Below, one piece after another: positions 17,756 to 26,635 of a stretch of DNA of 43,362 bases (its first letter is position 1; each line of letters opens with the position of its first letter). Under the pieces are notes generated by a model. The model saw nothing but the letters and a program-made list of their open reading frames with translations, was not told the DNA's origin and did no database searches. The DNA comes from Terrimicrobiaceae bacterium (GTDB lineage Bacteria > Verrucomicrobiota > Verrucomicrobiia > Chthoniobacterales > Terrimicrobiaceae). The position numbers and the translations under genes are program-made. Location of the stretch: NCBI GenBank assembly GCA_041752695.1, contig JBGSVZ010000121.1, positions 1 through 43,362 on the forward strand, in the 5' to 3' direction.

Positions 17756-18753
17756 GAATGCACCCGATCCGCGATGACTTCATTTTCCAGCGAACCGCCT
17801 CTTGCGAAGACCGTGAGGTTTCGCACCGTGGTCTCGGCAATGTTGCTCAGCGCCGTGTCGGTGAAATAAGCCTGATGCGAACTCACGAGTACGTTGGGAA
17901 AGGAGATCAGCCGCTGGAGGGTGTCGTCCTGAATAATGGTTTCGGAAAGGTTCTCGTAAAAGAAATCCGCCTCCTGCTCATAGACATCCAGTCCCAGATA
18001 GCCGATCTGTCCGGTCTTCAGCCCGTCGATTACCGCCGCCGCGTCCACCAGGGCGCCGCGGCTGGTGTTGATGATCATCACCCCGCGCTTCATCAGGGCG
18101 ATGCTCTCCGCGTTGACGAGGTGAAAGGTTTCCGGTGTGAGAGGACAATGCAGGCTGATGACATCACTGCGGGACAGCAATTCTTCGCGACTGACATAAA
18201 CGCCGCCCCAGTCCGTGAAGGCCGGGTTGTGAAAGAGGTCGTAACCCAGAATGTCCACACCAAAGCCGGAAAGGATCTGCGCGAAAACGATGCCGATTTT
18301 TCCGGTTCCCATCAAACCGACCGTCTTGCCGTGCAGGTCAAAACCAACCAGTCCCTCGATGGAAAAATTTCCGTCGCGCACCCGATTGTAGGCGCGGTGA
18401 ATTTTCCGGTTGAGCGCCAGCATCAGCGTGAGGGCAAACTCCGCCACCGCGTGGGGCGAGTAGGCGGGGACCCGGGCCACCCGGATGCCCAGGGAGGCGG
18501 CGTGACGCAAATCCACCTGATTAAAACCGGCACAGCGCAGCACGATAAAACGCACCCCCTGGTGATGCAGCCGGTCGAGCACCGGGGCATCGAGCAGATC
18601 ATTGACAAAGGCACACACCGCCTCGTGGCTGTCCGCCAGGGCGGCCGTGTGGTGATTCAGCCGCTCCTCAAAAAACTCGAACTCATGGCCGTGGTTCGCC
18701 GCCGTCAAAAATTGCTCATCATAGGGCTTCGTGCTGAAGACGGCGGTTTTCAT
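17752..18753 (-). CDS. ldhA: NAD-dependent D-lactate dehydrogenase (2-hydroxyacid dehydrogenase)
   Basis: 'VCAFVND', 'RCAGFNQVD', 'RVPAYSPHAVAE', 'GTGKIG', 'INTSRG', 'LDVYEQE', 'HQAYFT'. An alternative start lies at 18762. Confidence 0.9.
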   Translation of the reverse strand: MKTAVFSTKPYDEQFLTAANHGHEFEFFEERLNHHTAALADSHEAVCAFVNDLLDAPVLDRLHHQGVRFIVLRCAGFNQVDLRHAASLGIRVARVPAYSPHAVAEFALTLMLALNRKIHRAYNRVRDGNFSIEGLVGFDLHGKTVGLMGTGKIGIVFAQILSGFGVDILGYDLFHNPAFTDWGGVYVSREELLSRSDVISLHCPLTPETFHLVNAESIALMKRGVMIINTSRGALVDAAAVIDGLKTGQIGYLGLDVYEQEADFFYENLSETIIQDDTLQRLISFPNVLVSSHQAYFTDTALSNIAETTVRNLTVFARGGSLENEVIADRVHS

Positions 18754-18965
18754 AACCCCCATTCAAGAAGCTTCACGCCCCGCGCGCAACGCTGAACACC
18801 TGTGCGCCAGCGCTTTCCTGGGGCAGGGCAACTCGAGCGTGTTGCCGGGAGGCAACCGGAGCGAAGCGCAGCAACGCTGATCACTCGCACGAAAGCACCA
18901 TCGCGACCGCGGGACCGCTCGGGAATTTGGCTTTGCGCGTATTCCACCGACGTTACGATCCACCC

Positions 18966-20144
18966 ATGCCCCGCACCTCGCGAACCCGGCGTCCGGTCTC
19001 CCCCTCCGTGCCGTTCGTCTCAATCTTTGTGGAAACAACCACTTCGTGGGGACGCCGGGTGGTTTCTGGAATCATCGAGTACGCCAAAATCAACGGCCCC
19101 TGGCACATCGAACTTCACACAGGCGGACCCGAAGAGGTCTTTGCCCTGGGGGCCGGGTGGCGGCCGGATGGCATCATCGCCCGGGTTCCAACGGCCGCGG
19201 TCGCCCAGGCGTTCCTCGCCAAAAAGACACCCTTGGTAAACTGTTCGGGCATCATGGTGCCGGGGTTTGAGTTTCCGACCGTCACCGGAAGTTACCGTGG
19301 GGATGCGCAAATCGCGGTCGAACATTTTTGGTCGAGGGGATTTTCTCATTTTGCCTACGTTGGGCACCCTGATGAATCCTACGTGAACATCCTTTATGAC
19401 AAATTTTGCGCCGCGCTCGCGACTCGCGGACATCGTTGCCATTTCCACCGGTCGATGCCCCGACCGGAAGGATACGTCGAGTGGCTGCGCGAGCTCCCCA
19501 AGCCGGTCGGAGTGCTCTGCTGGGGACCCGCCATCGGCCACATGGTTTTGGACGCGTGCCTCAAATCCGGGATCAACGTTCCGCATGATGTCGCCGTGAT
19601 GGGCTGCGATTTCGACGACCTTCAGTCCGAGGCCTCGTATCCCGAACAAACAGGAATCCAAACCGCTGCCGAACAAATCGGTCGGACGGCCGGGGATATT
19701 CTGCACACCCTTTTCCGAGGCAAAAAGCCCGCCCGGATGCGCCACGAGATTGAACCCCTTGGCGTGATCTCGCGGCTCTCCACCGACACCCTCGCCATTG
19801 GAGACCCCCGCATCGCGGCGGTAATGCGATTCATCCAGAACCACGCCCACGAACCCATCACTGTCGAGGACCTGCTGCGGCGCGAACCCATGGCAAGGAG
19901 GTCCATGGAGCGGAAATTCCGCCAATGTTTCGGGCGCTCCGTCGTCGAGCAGATCCGCCAGATCCGGATCAATAAACTGCGTTTGATGCTCGCAAATACG
20001 GACGAACCCATTACCCGCCTGGCCGAACAGTGCGGCTTCACGTCCTACAAATACATGGGACTGGTTTTCCAACAGGCCACGGGAATGTCCCCGCGAAAAT
20101 TCCGCGAGCAAAACCGTCCGCGCCGCCGAACGACACGCCGCTAA
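18966..20144 (+). CDS. XylR-type transcriptional regulator (periplasmic-binding-protein-like sensor + C-terminal AraC HTH)
   Basis: 'SWGRRVVSGI', 'DGIIAR', 'WLRELPKPVGV', 'VPHDVAVMGCD', 'RLSTD' and an AraC double HTH ('RRSMERKFR', 'LAEQCGF...F..ATGMSPRKFR'). The start is approximate. Confidence 0.9.
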   Translation: MPRTSRTRRPVSPSVPFVSIFVETTTSWGRRVVSGIIEYAKINGPWHIELHTGGPEEVFALGAGWRPDGIIARVPTAAVAQAFLAKKTPLVNCSGIMVPGFEFPTVTGSYRGDAQIAVEHFWSRGFSHFAYVGHPDESYVNILYDKFCAALATRGHRCHFHRSMPRPEGYVEWLRELPKPVGVLCWGPAIGHMVLDACLKSGINVPHDVAVMGCDFDDLQSEASYPEQTGIQTAAEQIGRTAGDILHTLFRGKKPARMRHEIEPLGVISRLSTDTLAIGDPRIAAVMRFIQNHAHEPITVEDLLRREPMARRSMERKFRQCFGRSVVEQIRQIRINKLRLMLANTDEPITRLAEQCGFTSYKYMGLVFQQATGMSPRKFREQNRPRRRTTRR

Positions 20145-20215
20145 TCAGCTCCTCCCGCATCGCTTCACCAAGGCGGGGCCTTGAAGGATCGCGGAACAAA
20201 CGACGGCAAAAGGCC

Positions 20216-20252
20216 TTGGCGCAAAAGTGGACATCTAATCCGCAAACCGGGG
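20216..20252 (+). promoter_or_regulatory. Putative AraC/XylR direct-repeat binding site upstream of the PEP-CTERM operon
   Basis: CGCAAA half-sites at 20220 and 20241, 21 bp apart (two helical turns), between the regulator and the operon. Confidence 0.45.
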
Positions 20253-20301
20253 TTGTCCAAGTTTTTGGTCGCCCGTATGAGTGGCCAGGAAACAACCCCT
20301 C

Positions 20302-22659
20302 ATGAAAACTCCATCCTGTCTCAACGCCCTTTTCGCCGTCTCCGCCGCCGCTGTTGCGGCCTCCGCCAGCCTCTCCGCCCAGACCATCTGGGATGCGGGC
20401 GGAGGGTCCGACACCAGCATCACCCTCAACACAAACTGGAACAACAACCTCCTCCCGGCCAACGATGGGACAGCCAGTGTGCAGTTCGGCTCGGGCGGTT
20501 CGCAGGCCACATTCAACAGCGATTATTTTTTCCGGGACATCACTCTCAACCGGGGAGGGACCTTCGCACTGAATTCCACCGGCGGAAATCTCATCCTGCG
20601 AAGCGCCAACTCCAGCAGCACTTATGCGCTCACCATGTCATCGGGAGCCACGCAGGACCAAACCATCAACGCTCCCATCCGGATCGATACGAACAACGCT
20701 GATGCCAACAAACTCTTCGTCATTCGCAACAACAACACAACCCGCACCCTGGATCTGAACGGGGACATCGCCCGCTCGACGGCAAGTTCAACGGACTTTC
20801 AGATGCGCTACGAAGGGGTGGCCGGCTCGGTCACCCGCGTGGATGGCAGCATCAGCAATATGACAACCCTCCAGCAATCCGGGGGAGTGTGGGCCGGCAG
20901 CCTGATTTTCGGCGGGTCGCGTTCGATGGGATCAACCAACATCAACATTGCATCCACCGCAGCAGGCGTGGGGGCGCCCGCGGCCACCGCCAGCCTCGTC
21001 CTGGGTGAGTCCCCGGCCGACGTCCAAACTTGGGGGAACCTCACTTTGAACAACGCGATGAAGGTGCGGGTCGGAGGCGGTGTCTCGGTGGGCACAGTCG
21101 CCGTGGGCGGGAATGCGACCGCCGCAGAGACCCGGATTCTGGGCTATTCGGCATCGACCTCATCGCTATCGATCTCGGCTGGCACGATCAGCGCCAACGC
21201 GACCATCGGCGGCGCGGGCACCCACGAAAATAATCTCGCCCTCGTGAAAACCACCACAGGGACGCTCGCAATCAATGGATCGAACACCTACACCGGAGGA
21301 ACGACCATTGAAAACGGCGGCGGCAGCGGGTCCTTTGCCATTGCGCTGGGTGCCAACGATGCCCTGGGCACCGGTCCGCTCCTCATCGGCAATGAGAACA
21401 CCGGAGGCAATGGGGCCAGGCTCCGCCTGAACGGCTTCAACCAGTCCGTCTCCGCCCTCTCCTCGGGCAATACGACCAACGCGCGGGTGATCGAAAATTT
21501 CGGTGCCTCCAACAGCCTCCTTACGGTCAATCAAAGTTCCAACACCACCTACGCCGGAGTCCTCCGCGACCGGAGCACGGGAGCAACCGGCGCCACGGGA
21601 AATCTCGGGCTGACCAAGTCGGGGGCGGGCGTACTGACTCTTTCGGCTCCGGGCTCAACCTATACCGGGGCAACAATCCTCAGCGGCGGTGTGCTCGAAG
21701 TCGCATCCATCGGAACGGCTGGCGTGGCGCGCACCGTGAGCACGACGACCGGGAGTAATATCGTCACCGTGGACGACACGACGGGATTGACGGTGGGAAT
21801 GACTTTTTCTGCGGCCACATTGCCGGCCGGATTCACCATCACCTCCATCGACAGCCCGACCCAGATCACCATCAACACCAGCAGCAATATTGCCACCGGC
21901 AGCGGGGTTTCCGCCATTTTTGGGGTGAATTCCTCAATCGGGATGGCAACCAGCGCTGCGTCGAATCTGGTTTTTGATGGCGGCAACTTGCGCTACACCG
22001 GCGGAACGGCATCGACCAACCGCAATTTCACCATCAACGGCACCAACACGGCAGGCTTCGACATCGCCAACCTGGCAACCGTGCTGACAATATCCGGCGC
22101 CGCTTCGTCCGGCACCGGCTCCCTGGAAAAACTGGGGGCAGGGACCTTGATTCTCACGGGATCCAACAGTTTCAGCGGCGCGACGACGGTATCGACGGGA
22201 ACGCTGTTGGTGGGCACCACCGGGGCCTTGGGAATCGGAGGGGTGTCGGTGGCCTCAGACGCGACAATTGGCGGGGACGGGGTGATTTCCGGCAGCCTGA
22301 ATCTCCTTGCCGGATCGAACTTCCAATTCAGCCTCACCGAGACCCTTACTGTGAATGGCGCGAGTGTCACCTTCGGGGGTTTCGGAGTGGAAAATCTGAC
22401 CGGGTTGAACAGCTCTGTCGCAGCGGGCACGTACACCCTGATTGACGGATCGGCAACGATCAACACGGCAAACCTGGCCAACCTTGGAGTCGGCAACGCC
22501 TACGATCTCGGGTCCGGGGTGTCGGCCTACTTCGAGGTGGGCAGCCTGAATCTGGTCGTCGTTCCGGAACCTGGCACGGCGGGCCTGATCGCCGCAGGCG
22601 CATTGGCCACCCTTGCGCTGCGCCGGCGCCATCGCCGCAGTTCCCACACGGTCCGTTAA
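20302..22659 (+). CDS. PEP-CTERM surface protein with autotransporter-associated beta-strand repeats
   Basis: Signal peptide ending ASLSA-Q; G/T/S/N-rich; three repeats (LVKTTTGTLAINGSNTYTGGTTI, LTKSGAGVLTLSAPGSTYTGATIL, LEKLGAGTLILTGSNSFSGATTV); sorting signal VVPEPG-TM-RRRHRR. Confidence 0.93.
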   Translation: MKTPSCLNALFAVSAAAVAASASLSAQTIWDAGGGSDTSITLNTNWNNNLLPANDGTASVQFGSGGSQATFNSDYFFRDITLNRGGTFALNSTGGNLILRSANSSSTYALTMSSGATQDQTINAPIRIDTNNADANKLFVIRNNNTTRTLDLNGDIARSTASSTDFQMRYEGVAGSVTRVDGSISNMTTLQQSGGVWAGSLIFGGSRSMGSTNINIASTAAGVGAPAATASLVLGESPADVQTWGNLTLNNAMKVRVGGGVSVGTVAVGGNATAAETRILGYSASTSSLSISAGTISANATIGGAGTHENNLALVKTTTGTLAINGSNTYTGGTTIENGGGSGSFAIALGANDALGTGPLLIGNENTGGNGARLRLNGFNQSVSALSSGNTTNARVIENFGASNSLLTVNQSSNTTYAGVLRDRSTGATGATGNLGLTKSGAGVLTLSAPGSTYTGATILSGGVLEVASIGTAGVARTVSTTTGSNIVTVDDTTGLTVGMTFSAATLPAGFTITSIDSPTQITINTSSNIATGSGVSAIFGVNSSIGMATSAASNLVFDGGNLRYTGGTASTNRNFTINGTNTAGFDIANLATVLTISGAASSGTGSLEKLGAGTLILTGSNSFSGATTVSTGTLLVGTTGALGIGGVSVASDATIGGDGVISGSLNLLAGSNFQFSLTETLTVNGASVTFGGFGVENLTGLNSSVAAGTYTLIDGSATINTANLANLGVGNAYDLGSGVSAYFEVGSLNLVVVPEPGTAGLIAAGALATLALRRRHRRSSHTVR

Positions 22660-22673
22660 CTCCCCCTCGCACA

Positions 22674-23471
22674 ATGCCTCCCCGTGCCGAGCTTCCCGAG
22701 ATCACAGCACCTATGGTGGAACGACGAACCTACTGCCTGGCAAGGACAACCGAAGGACCGCAGACCTCCACGGCGTTTACGATCGTCGAGCTTCTGGTTG
22801 TTGTCGGGATCGTCGCGCTGCTGGCGACGCTGCTGATGCCTGCCGTGAATGGGGCCATCGACAAGGGGCGGACGACAAAATCACTCGCCCAAATCGGGCA
22901 GATCTACGGTGCCATTTCCCAGTACGTCGTCGATAACGAAGGGCAATTCCCCTATGCCTACGGCAGCTCTGGCTCGCTGCCCAGCGGGGCGACCGACCGG
23001 GACTTTTGGTACAACGTGGTCAAAGTCCGGCTTTACCCCCACCCCACGGCCGCGAACCGGTCCGCGCTGGACGGACCCACCGGATGGGGACCTCCCAGTG
23101 CGACGGACACCACCGGCACGGTGCTGCGCTCACCAAATGCAGAAAAGAGCTGGCCGAAGAGCGTGATCTCCTACGGCTATAACAACCGGTTCGTTTACCG
23201 CCCGGGAGCCTCACAGAAACTGGCTCTCGTCCACAACAACAGTCAGACGGCGCTCCTGGCTGACAACCTTGGCAATACCCACTCCCTGACGCCGGACAAC
23301 TCCACCAGTGCGGGCAAACTCAATGCCCGCAACGGTGCCACCAGGGATCTGGGAACGAACGGAGTGGCGATAGCCACCTTCATCGACGGCCACGCGGAAT
23401 TCCTCAGTGCCTCCGAATGTGCAAGTCGGAACGCGGACAAGAGTCATCCCTTCTGGGGACCGGAACCATGA
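22674..23471 (+). CDS. Prepilin-type N-terminal cleavage/methylation protein with an H-X9-DG-like C-terminal motif (DUF1559-like)
   Basis: 'A-FTIVELLVVVGIVALLATLLMPAV', 'QIGQIYGAISQYVVDNEGQFP', 'SYGYN', and C-terminal 'ARN...ATFIDGHAE'. Confidence 0.9.
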   Translation: MPPRAELPEITAPMVERRTYCLARTTEGPQTSTAFTIVELLVVVGIVALLATLLMPAVNGAIDKGRTTKSLAQIGQIYGAISQYVVDNEGQFPYAYGSSGSLPSGATDRDFWYNVVKVRLYPHPTAANRSALDGPTGWGPPSATDTTGTVLRSPNAEKSWPKSVISYGYNNRFVYRPGASQKLALVHNNSQTALLADNLGNTHSLTPDNSTSAGKLNARNGATRDLGTNGVAIATFIDGHAEFLSASECASRNADKSHPFWGPEP

Positions 23472-24529
23472 GCACGACCGCCCCCCGCCTTGCCCCCTGG
23501 GACCAGGCCGCGCCTCAGGAAGCCGCGATAAACACGTGCCAACCGCACCCGGTGTCCACGCAGTTCCGCTTCGCCATGCCAGGCTGGCACGTCTGGTGCG
23601 GATCGGTGGTGGAAAACCCCGGAGGCACCTTCAGTCTGTTTTTTTCCTGCTGGCCCGAGGCGCAGGGCCACGACGGCTGGGTCACCCACTCGCAAATCTG
23701 GCGAGCGGAGGGGCCGCATCCCTGGGGGCCCTTCAACCATCCCGAAGTTGTTCTGGCGGCTTTCGGCGCCAGCTCCTGGGATGCCGACAATTTTCACAAT
23801 GTGACCGTGAAGCAATTTGGCGGCCGGTACTTTCTGTATTATACGGGCAATTCCGGCAATGGAGAGTGGTGGGTGCACCGCAATAACCAGCGCATCGGCG
23901 TCGCGGTGGCCAGCTCACCGAGAGGGCCTTGGCACAGGTCCCGAACGCCCGTGCTGGATGTCAGCCCCGCCGCATGGGATAGCTTGTGCGTTGCAAATCC
24001 GTCGGTCAGCGGCACCCCCGAGGGCCGCATCATGATGATTTACAAAGGGGTCACCATCGGCGATCTCCCCTACGGCTCAACAATTCTTCATGGAGCCGCA
24101 TTTGCCGACACCCCGGAGGGCCCGTTTGAGAAAGCCGATACCCCGCTCTTCCACGTTCCCGGCTCCCGCTTTCCCTTCGAAGACCCTCATCTATGGCACA
24201 CCGACGGGCGTTACCATTGTTTGATGAAAGACATGGTCGGGCTGAAAGGATCGTATCCTCGCGCCACCCTTCTTTTTGAATCCGAGGACGGTTTGAACTG
24301 GCGGCCGAACGATTACCGCCTTGTCGCCACGCCCCACCTGGAAACGGTGGACGGTCGGACAGTAAAAGTGGAACGCTTGGAGCGACCGGCCTATTTTCTT
24401 CACGCCGAAAAACCCTGTCTGTCGTTCGCCGTGAAACCAGAGGGCGAGGGGCTGTCTTTTCTCGTTTTCGTGCCGGGAGACATTAAGCATCGTGCCATGC
24501 GACCTCGCGAGCAGGGCCCTTGGCACTAG
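23468..24529 (+). CDS. Five-bladed beta-propeller glycoside hydrolase (GH43/GH117-like clan), no signal peptide
   Basis: ATGA overlap with the pilin stop; 'WHVWCGSV', 'GPF', 'HNVTV...YFLYYTGN', 'QRIGVAVASSPRGPW', 'ANPSV', 'EDPHLW', 'LERP'. Confidence 0.8.
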   Translation: MSTTAPRLAPWDQAAPQEAAINTCQPHPVSTQFRFAMPGWHVWCGSVVENPGGTFSLFFSCWPEAQGHDGWVTHSQIWRAEGPHPWGPFNHPEVVLAAFGASSWDADNFHNVTVKQFGGRYFLYYTGNSGNGEWWVHRNNQRIGVAVASSPRGPWHRSRTPVLDVSPAAWDSLCVANPSVSGTPEGRIMMIYKGVTIGDLPYGSTILHGAAFADTPEGPFEKADTPLFHVPGSRFPFEDPHLWHTDGRYHCLMKDMVGLKGSYPRATLLFESEDGLNWRPNDYRLVATPHLETVDGRTVKVERLERPAYFLHAEKPCLSFAVKPEGEGLSFLVFVPGDIKHRAMRPREQGPWH

Positions 24530-24539
24530 AACCTTTCTT

Positions 24540-25346
24540 ATGAAACCTCTTCCTCCCATCCTCAGCCTGGTGACAGGCGTCCTCATTGCCGCGTCGCGTT
24601 TGCAGGCGCAGCCGCCCGCCGCTGCGGTTAAGAAATTGCAGGAGCCGACATCCAAGGTCGCTCCGGCCGTCCTCTATCTGAGGTCGGCCGAAATCAACGA
24701 GGGCACCGGAGACTCCCGTTGGGTGGCAACCTCCGGGACGCGGATAAATGCCATGGGACGGGATCCCTGGGGCGACGATGAAGGCGCTTTCGGTCCACCC
24801 CCGGACGCTCCGACCGGCGCAGCCATTGCTTCCTCGATCGAGAGCCCGCTGCTGACCGGCGAATCGGGGGCGGTGGTTTTTTGTGTCCTGATCCCCGAAG
24901 TGACCGGAGATCCGGCGATGATCATCAGCCGGGGTGCGTGGGGAGACCGCTCTGCCTTTGACCTGAGAGCCGACAAAACCCGATCCTTGATTCTTTATAC
25001 CGGAGGGAAGGAATCCAGCCCCCAAACGCTCCGACTCGGCGCTTACTCGCCGGGGTCGTGGATGTTCGTCGGACTGGCTTGGAAAAAACAGGGCGACGAA
25101 TTGGTGCTCGACGTTTGTCTGGGGGAACTGGCGGGCGGGGAGGCCCCCGCGTTTCACTCGTTCCCCATTCCCCGGGCGGGCGAGCCCGCTGCGCCGGTCT
25201 TGATCGCGGGACGGACCAACCGCGACCTGAGCCCGGCCCTCCTGGAAGGGGGCCGGCTGTGCGGATTCGCCATCTACGAGGAGGCCCTCTCCCGGGATAC
25301 GATGGAGGACCTCTTCAAGGTTTTGGCCTCAGAATTGAAACCATGA
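24540..25346 (+). CDS. Secreted LamG/ConA-like jelly-roll protein (possible carbohydrate binding)
   Basis: Signal peptide; 'GSWMFVGLAW' and 'GRLCGFAIYEEALSRDTMEDLF' resemble LamG-like C-terminal strands. Confidence 0.6.
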   Translation: MKPLPPILSLVTGVLIAASRLQAQPPAAAVKKLQEPTSKVAPAVLYLRSAEINEGTGDSRWVATSGTRINAMGRDPWGDDEGAFGPPPDAPTGAAIASSIESPLLTGESGAVVFCVLIPEVTGDPAMIISRGAWGDRSAFDLRADKTRSLILYTGGKESSPQTLRLGAYSPGSWMFVGLAWKKQGDELVLDVCLGELAGGEAPAFHSFPIPRAGEPAAPVLIAGRTNRDLSPALLEGGRLCGFAIYEEALSRDTMEDLFKVLASELKP

Positions 25347-26635
25347 AGTGCCCAGCCTTCACGGGTTGCGTGGCCATGGCGGTGGCCGCAGTTTTCGGAC
25401 TCGTGACTATCGGCTGCCAGCCGGAAGGGCCGCGTCCGGCAGTGTCCCTTCCGGAGGCGGATTGGGAGCTGGTCTTTGAGGACGACTTTTCCGGCGAGGG
25501 GGAGGCGTGGAAGGAACGATGGGTCTCGGACGCGCAGTCCCATAAACACATTCTCTCCAGCCGGTGGCCGGAGAATGTCTCCATGCGGGATGGGAACCTT
25601 TCCCTGACTGCCAGGAAAGAACAACGCGGCGGCCAGCAATGGACGGCCGGCAGCATTTGGACAAAAAAACCGTTTCAATACGGCTACTTCGAATGCCGTT
25701 ACCGCTATGCGGCAGCCCCCGGATTAAACAATTCGTTCTGGCTGATGAACTCGCCTCGCGGAGTGGACAAAGCCCGTCTCGACTCGGGCGACTTCGCAGT
25801 TTTTGAGATCGACATCAACGAAGGGCACTTTCCCAACAAGATCTCCACAAATATCCACCGATGGACCCCCCGTCATACGGCGGACAGCCGCTCTGTGGTG
25901 CTGGGAGCCCGTGCCCTGGCCATGTTCCCTCTGGAAATTCCCGTCACAACTCAGCGCCTGCGCATTGTCAGCCGCGACCTCAACCGGGCCAGCATCGCGG
26001 AGATCCGGGCCTTTCCGCCCAGCAAGGAAGGCTATCCCGCCATGGCCGACGAGGCGGGCAACCCCGTCCCTGTGCCCGCTGACAGAGTAAACCTCGTGCC
26101 CGGTGCCACCGTGAGCGCAAACTCCACCCTCCGCCCGGAATTTGCGGCAGCCAACGTGGGGGACGGCACGGTCGACAACGAATCGCGCTGGGTCGGGGCC
26201 GACAGCCATGCCGGCAAGCATGAGGTGGTCATCGATTGGAACAAGCCGGTCGAACTCGGCTGCATCCAGATCTTCTCCGGCTGGCGCAACAAGGGCGAAT
26301 GGACCCAGGGGCTGAGTGATTTCACCATTCAATACTGGAGCGAGGACGGCTGGGTGGACATCGCGGGCTCGGGAGGGACGGGCCGCGATTTCCGGGACTT
26401 GAGCGCGGAGTTTCACACCTATGGATTGCTCTGGACGCCGGAGGAACTGGTCTTCTATTTCGACGGTCGGGAAATCCGGCGCGAGCCGAATGTTTTCTGC
26501 CATCATCCGGCTCCCCTCTTCCTCAGCCTGGCAGTGATCCACTGGGCCGGTCCCGTGACCGACCGGATCGACGGGTCAAGTCAGGCGATTGATTACGTGA
26601 GGATCTGGCAAAAGGCCGCAGACCGGAAACCATGA
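25343..26635 (+). CDS. GH16 glycoside hydrolase lipoprotein with an inserted F5/8 type C (CBM32/discoidin-like) domain
   Basis: ATGA overlap; lipobox-like 'VTIG-C'; 'WELVFEDDFSG', 'FQYGYFECR', 'SFWLM', catalytic 'EIDINE', 'FHTYGLLWTPEELVFYFDG', 'IDYVRIWQ'. Confidence 0.9.
   Translation: MKCPAFTGCVAMAVAAVFGLVTIGCQPEGPRPAVSLPEADWELVFEDDFSGEGEAWKERWVSDAQSHKHILSSRWPENVSMRDGNLSLTARKEQRGGQQWTAGSIWTKKPFQYGYFECRYRYAAAPGLNNSFWLMNSPRGVDKARLDSGDFAVFEIDINEGHFPNKISTNIHRWTPRHTADSRSVVLGARALAMFPLEIPVTTQRLRIVSRDLNRASIAEIRAFPPSKEGYPAMADEAGNPVPVPADRVNLVPGATVSANSTLRPEFAAANVGDGTVDNESRWVGADSHAGKHEVVIDWNKPVELGCIQIFSGWRNKGEWTQGLSDFTIQYWSEDGWVDIAGSGGTGRDFRDLSAEFHTYGLLWTPEELVFYFDGREIRREPNVFCHHPAPLFLSLAVIHWAGPVTDRIDGSSQAIDYVRIWQKAADRKP

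Noticed and set aside
20216..20232. Sigma-54 promoter (TTGGCGC...)
   Set aside because: The -12 TTGC element is absent (TGGA instead), and the adjacent regulator is AraC-type, not an enhancer-binding protein.
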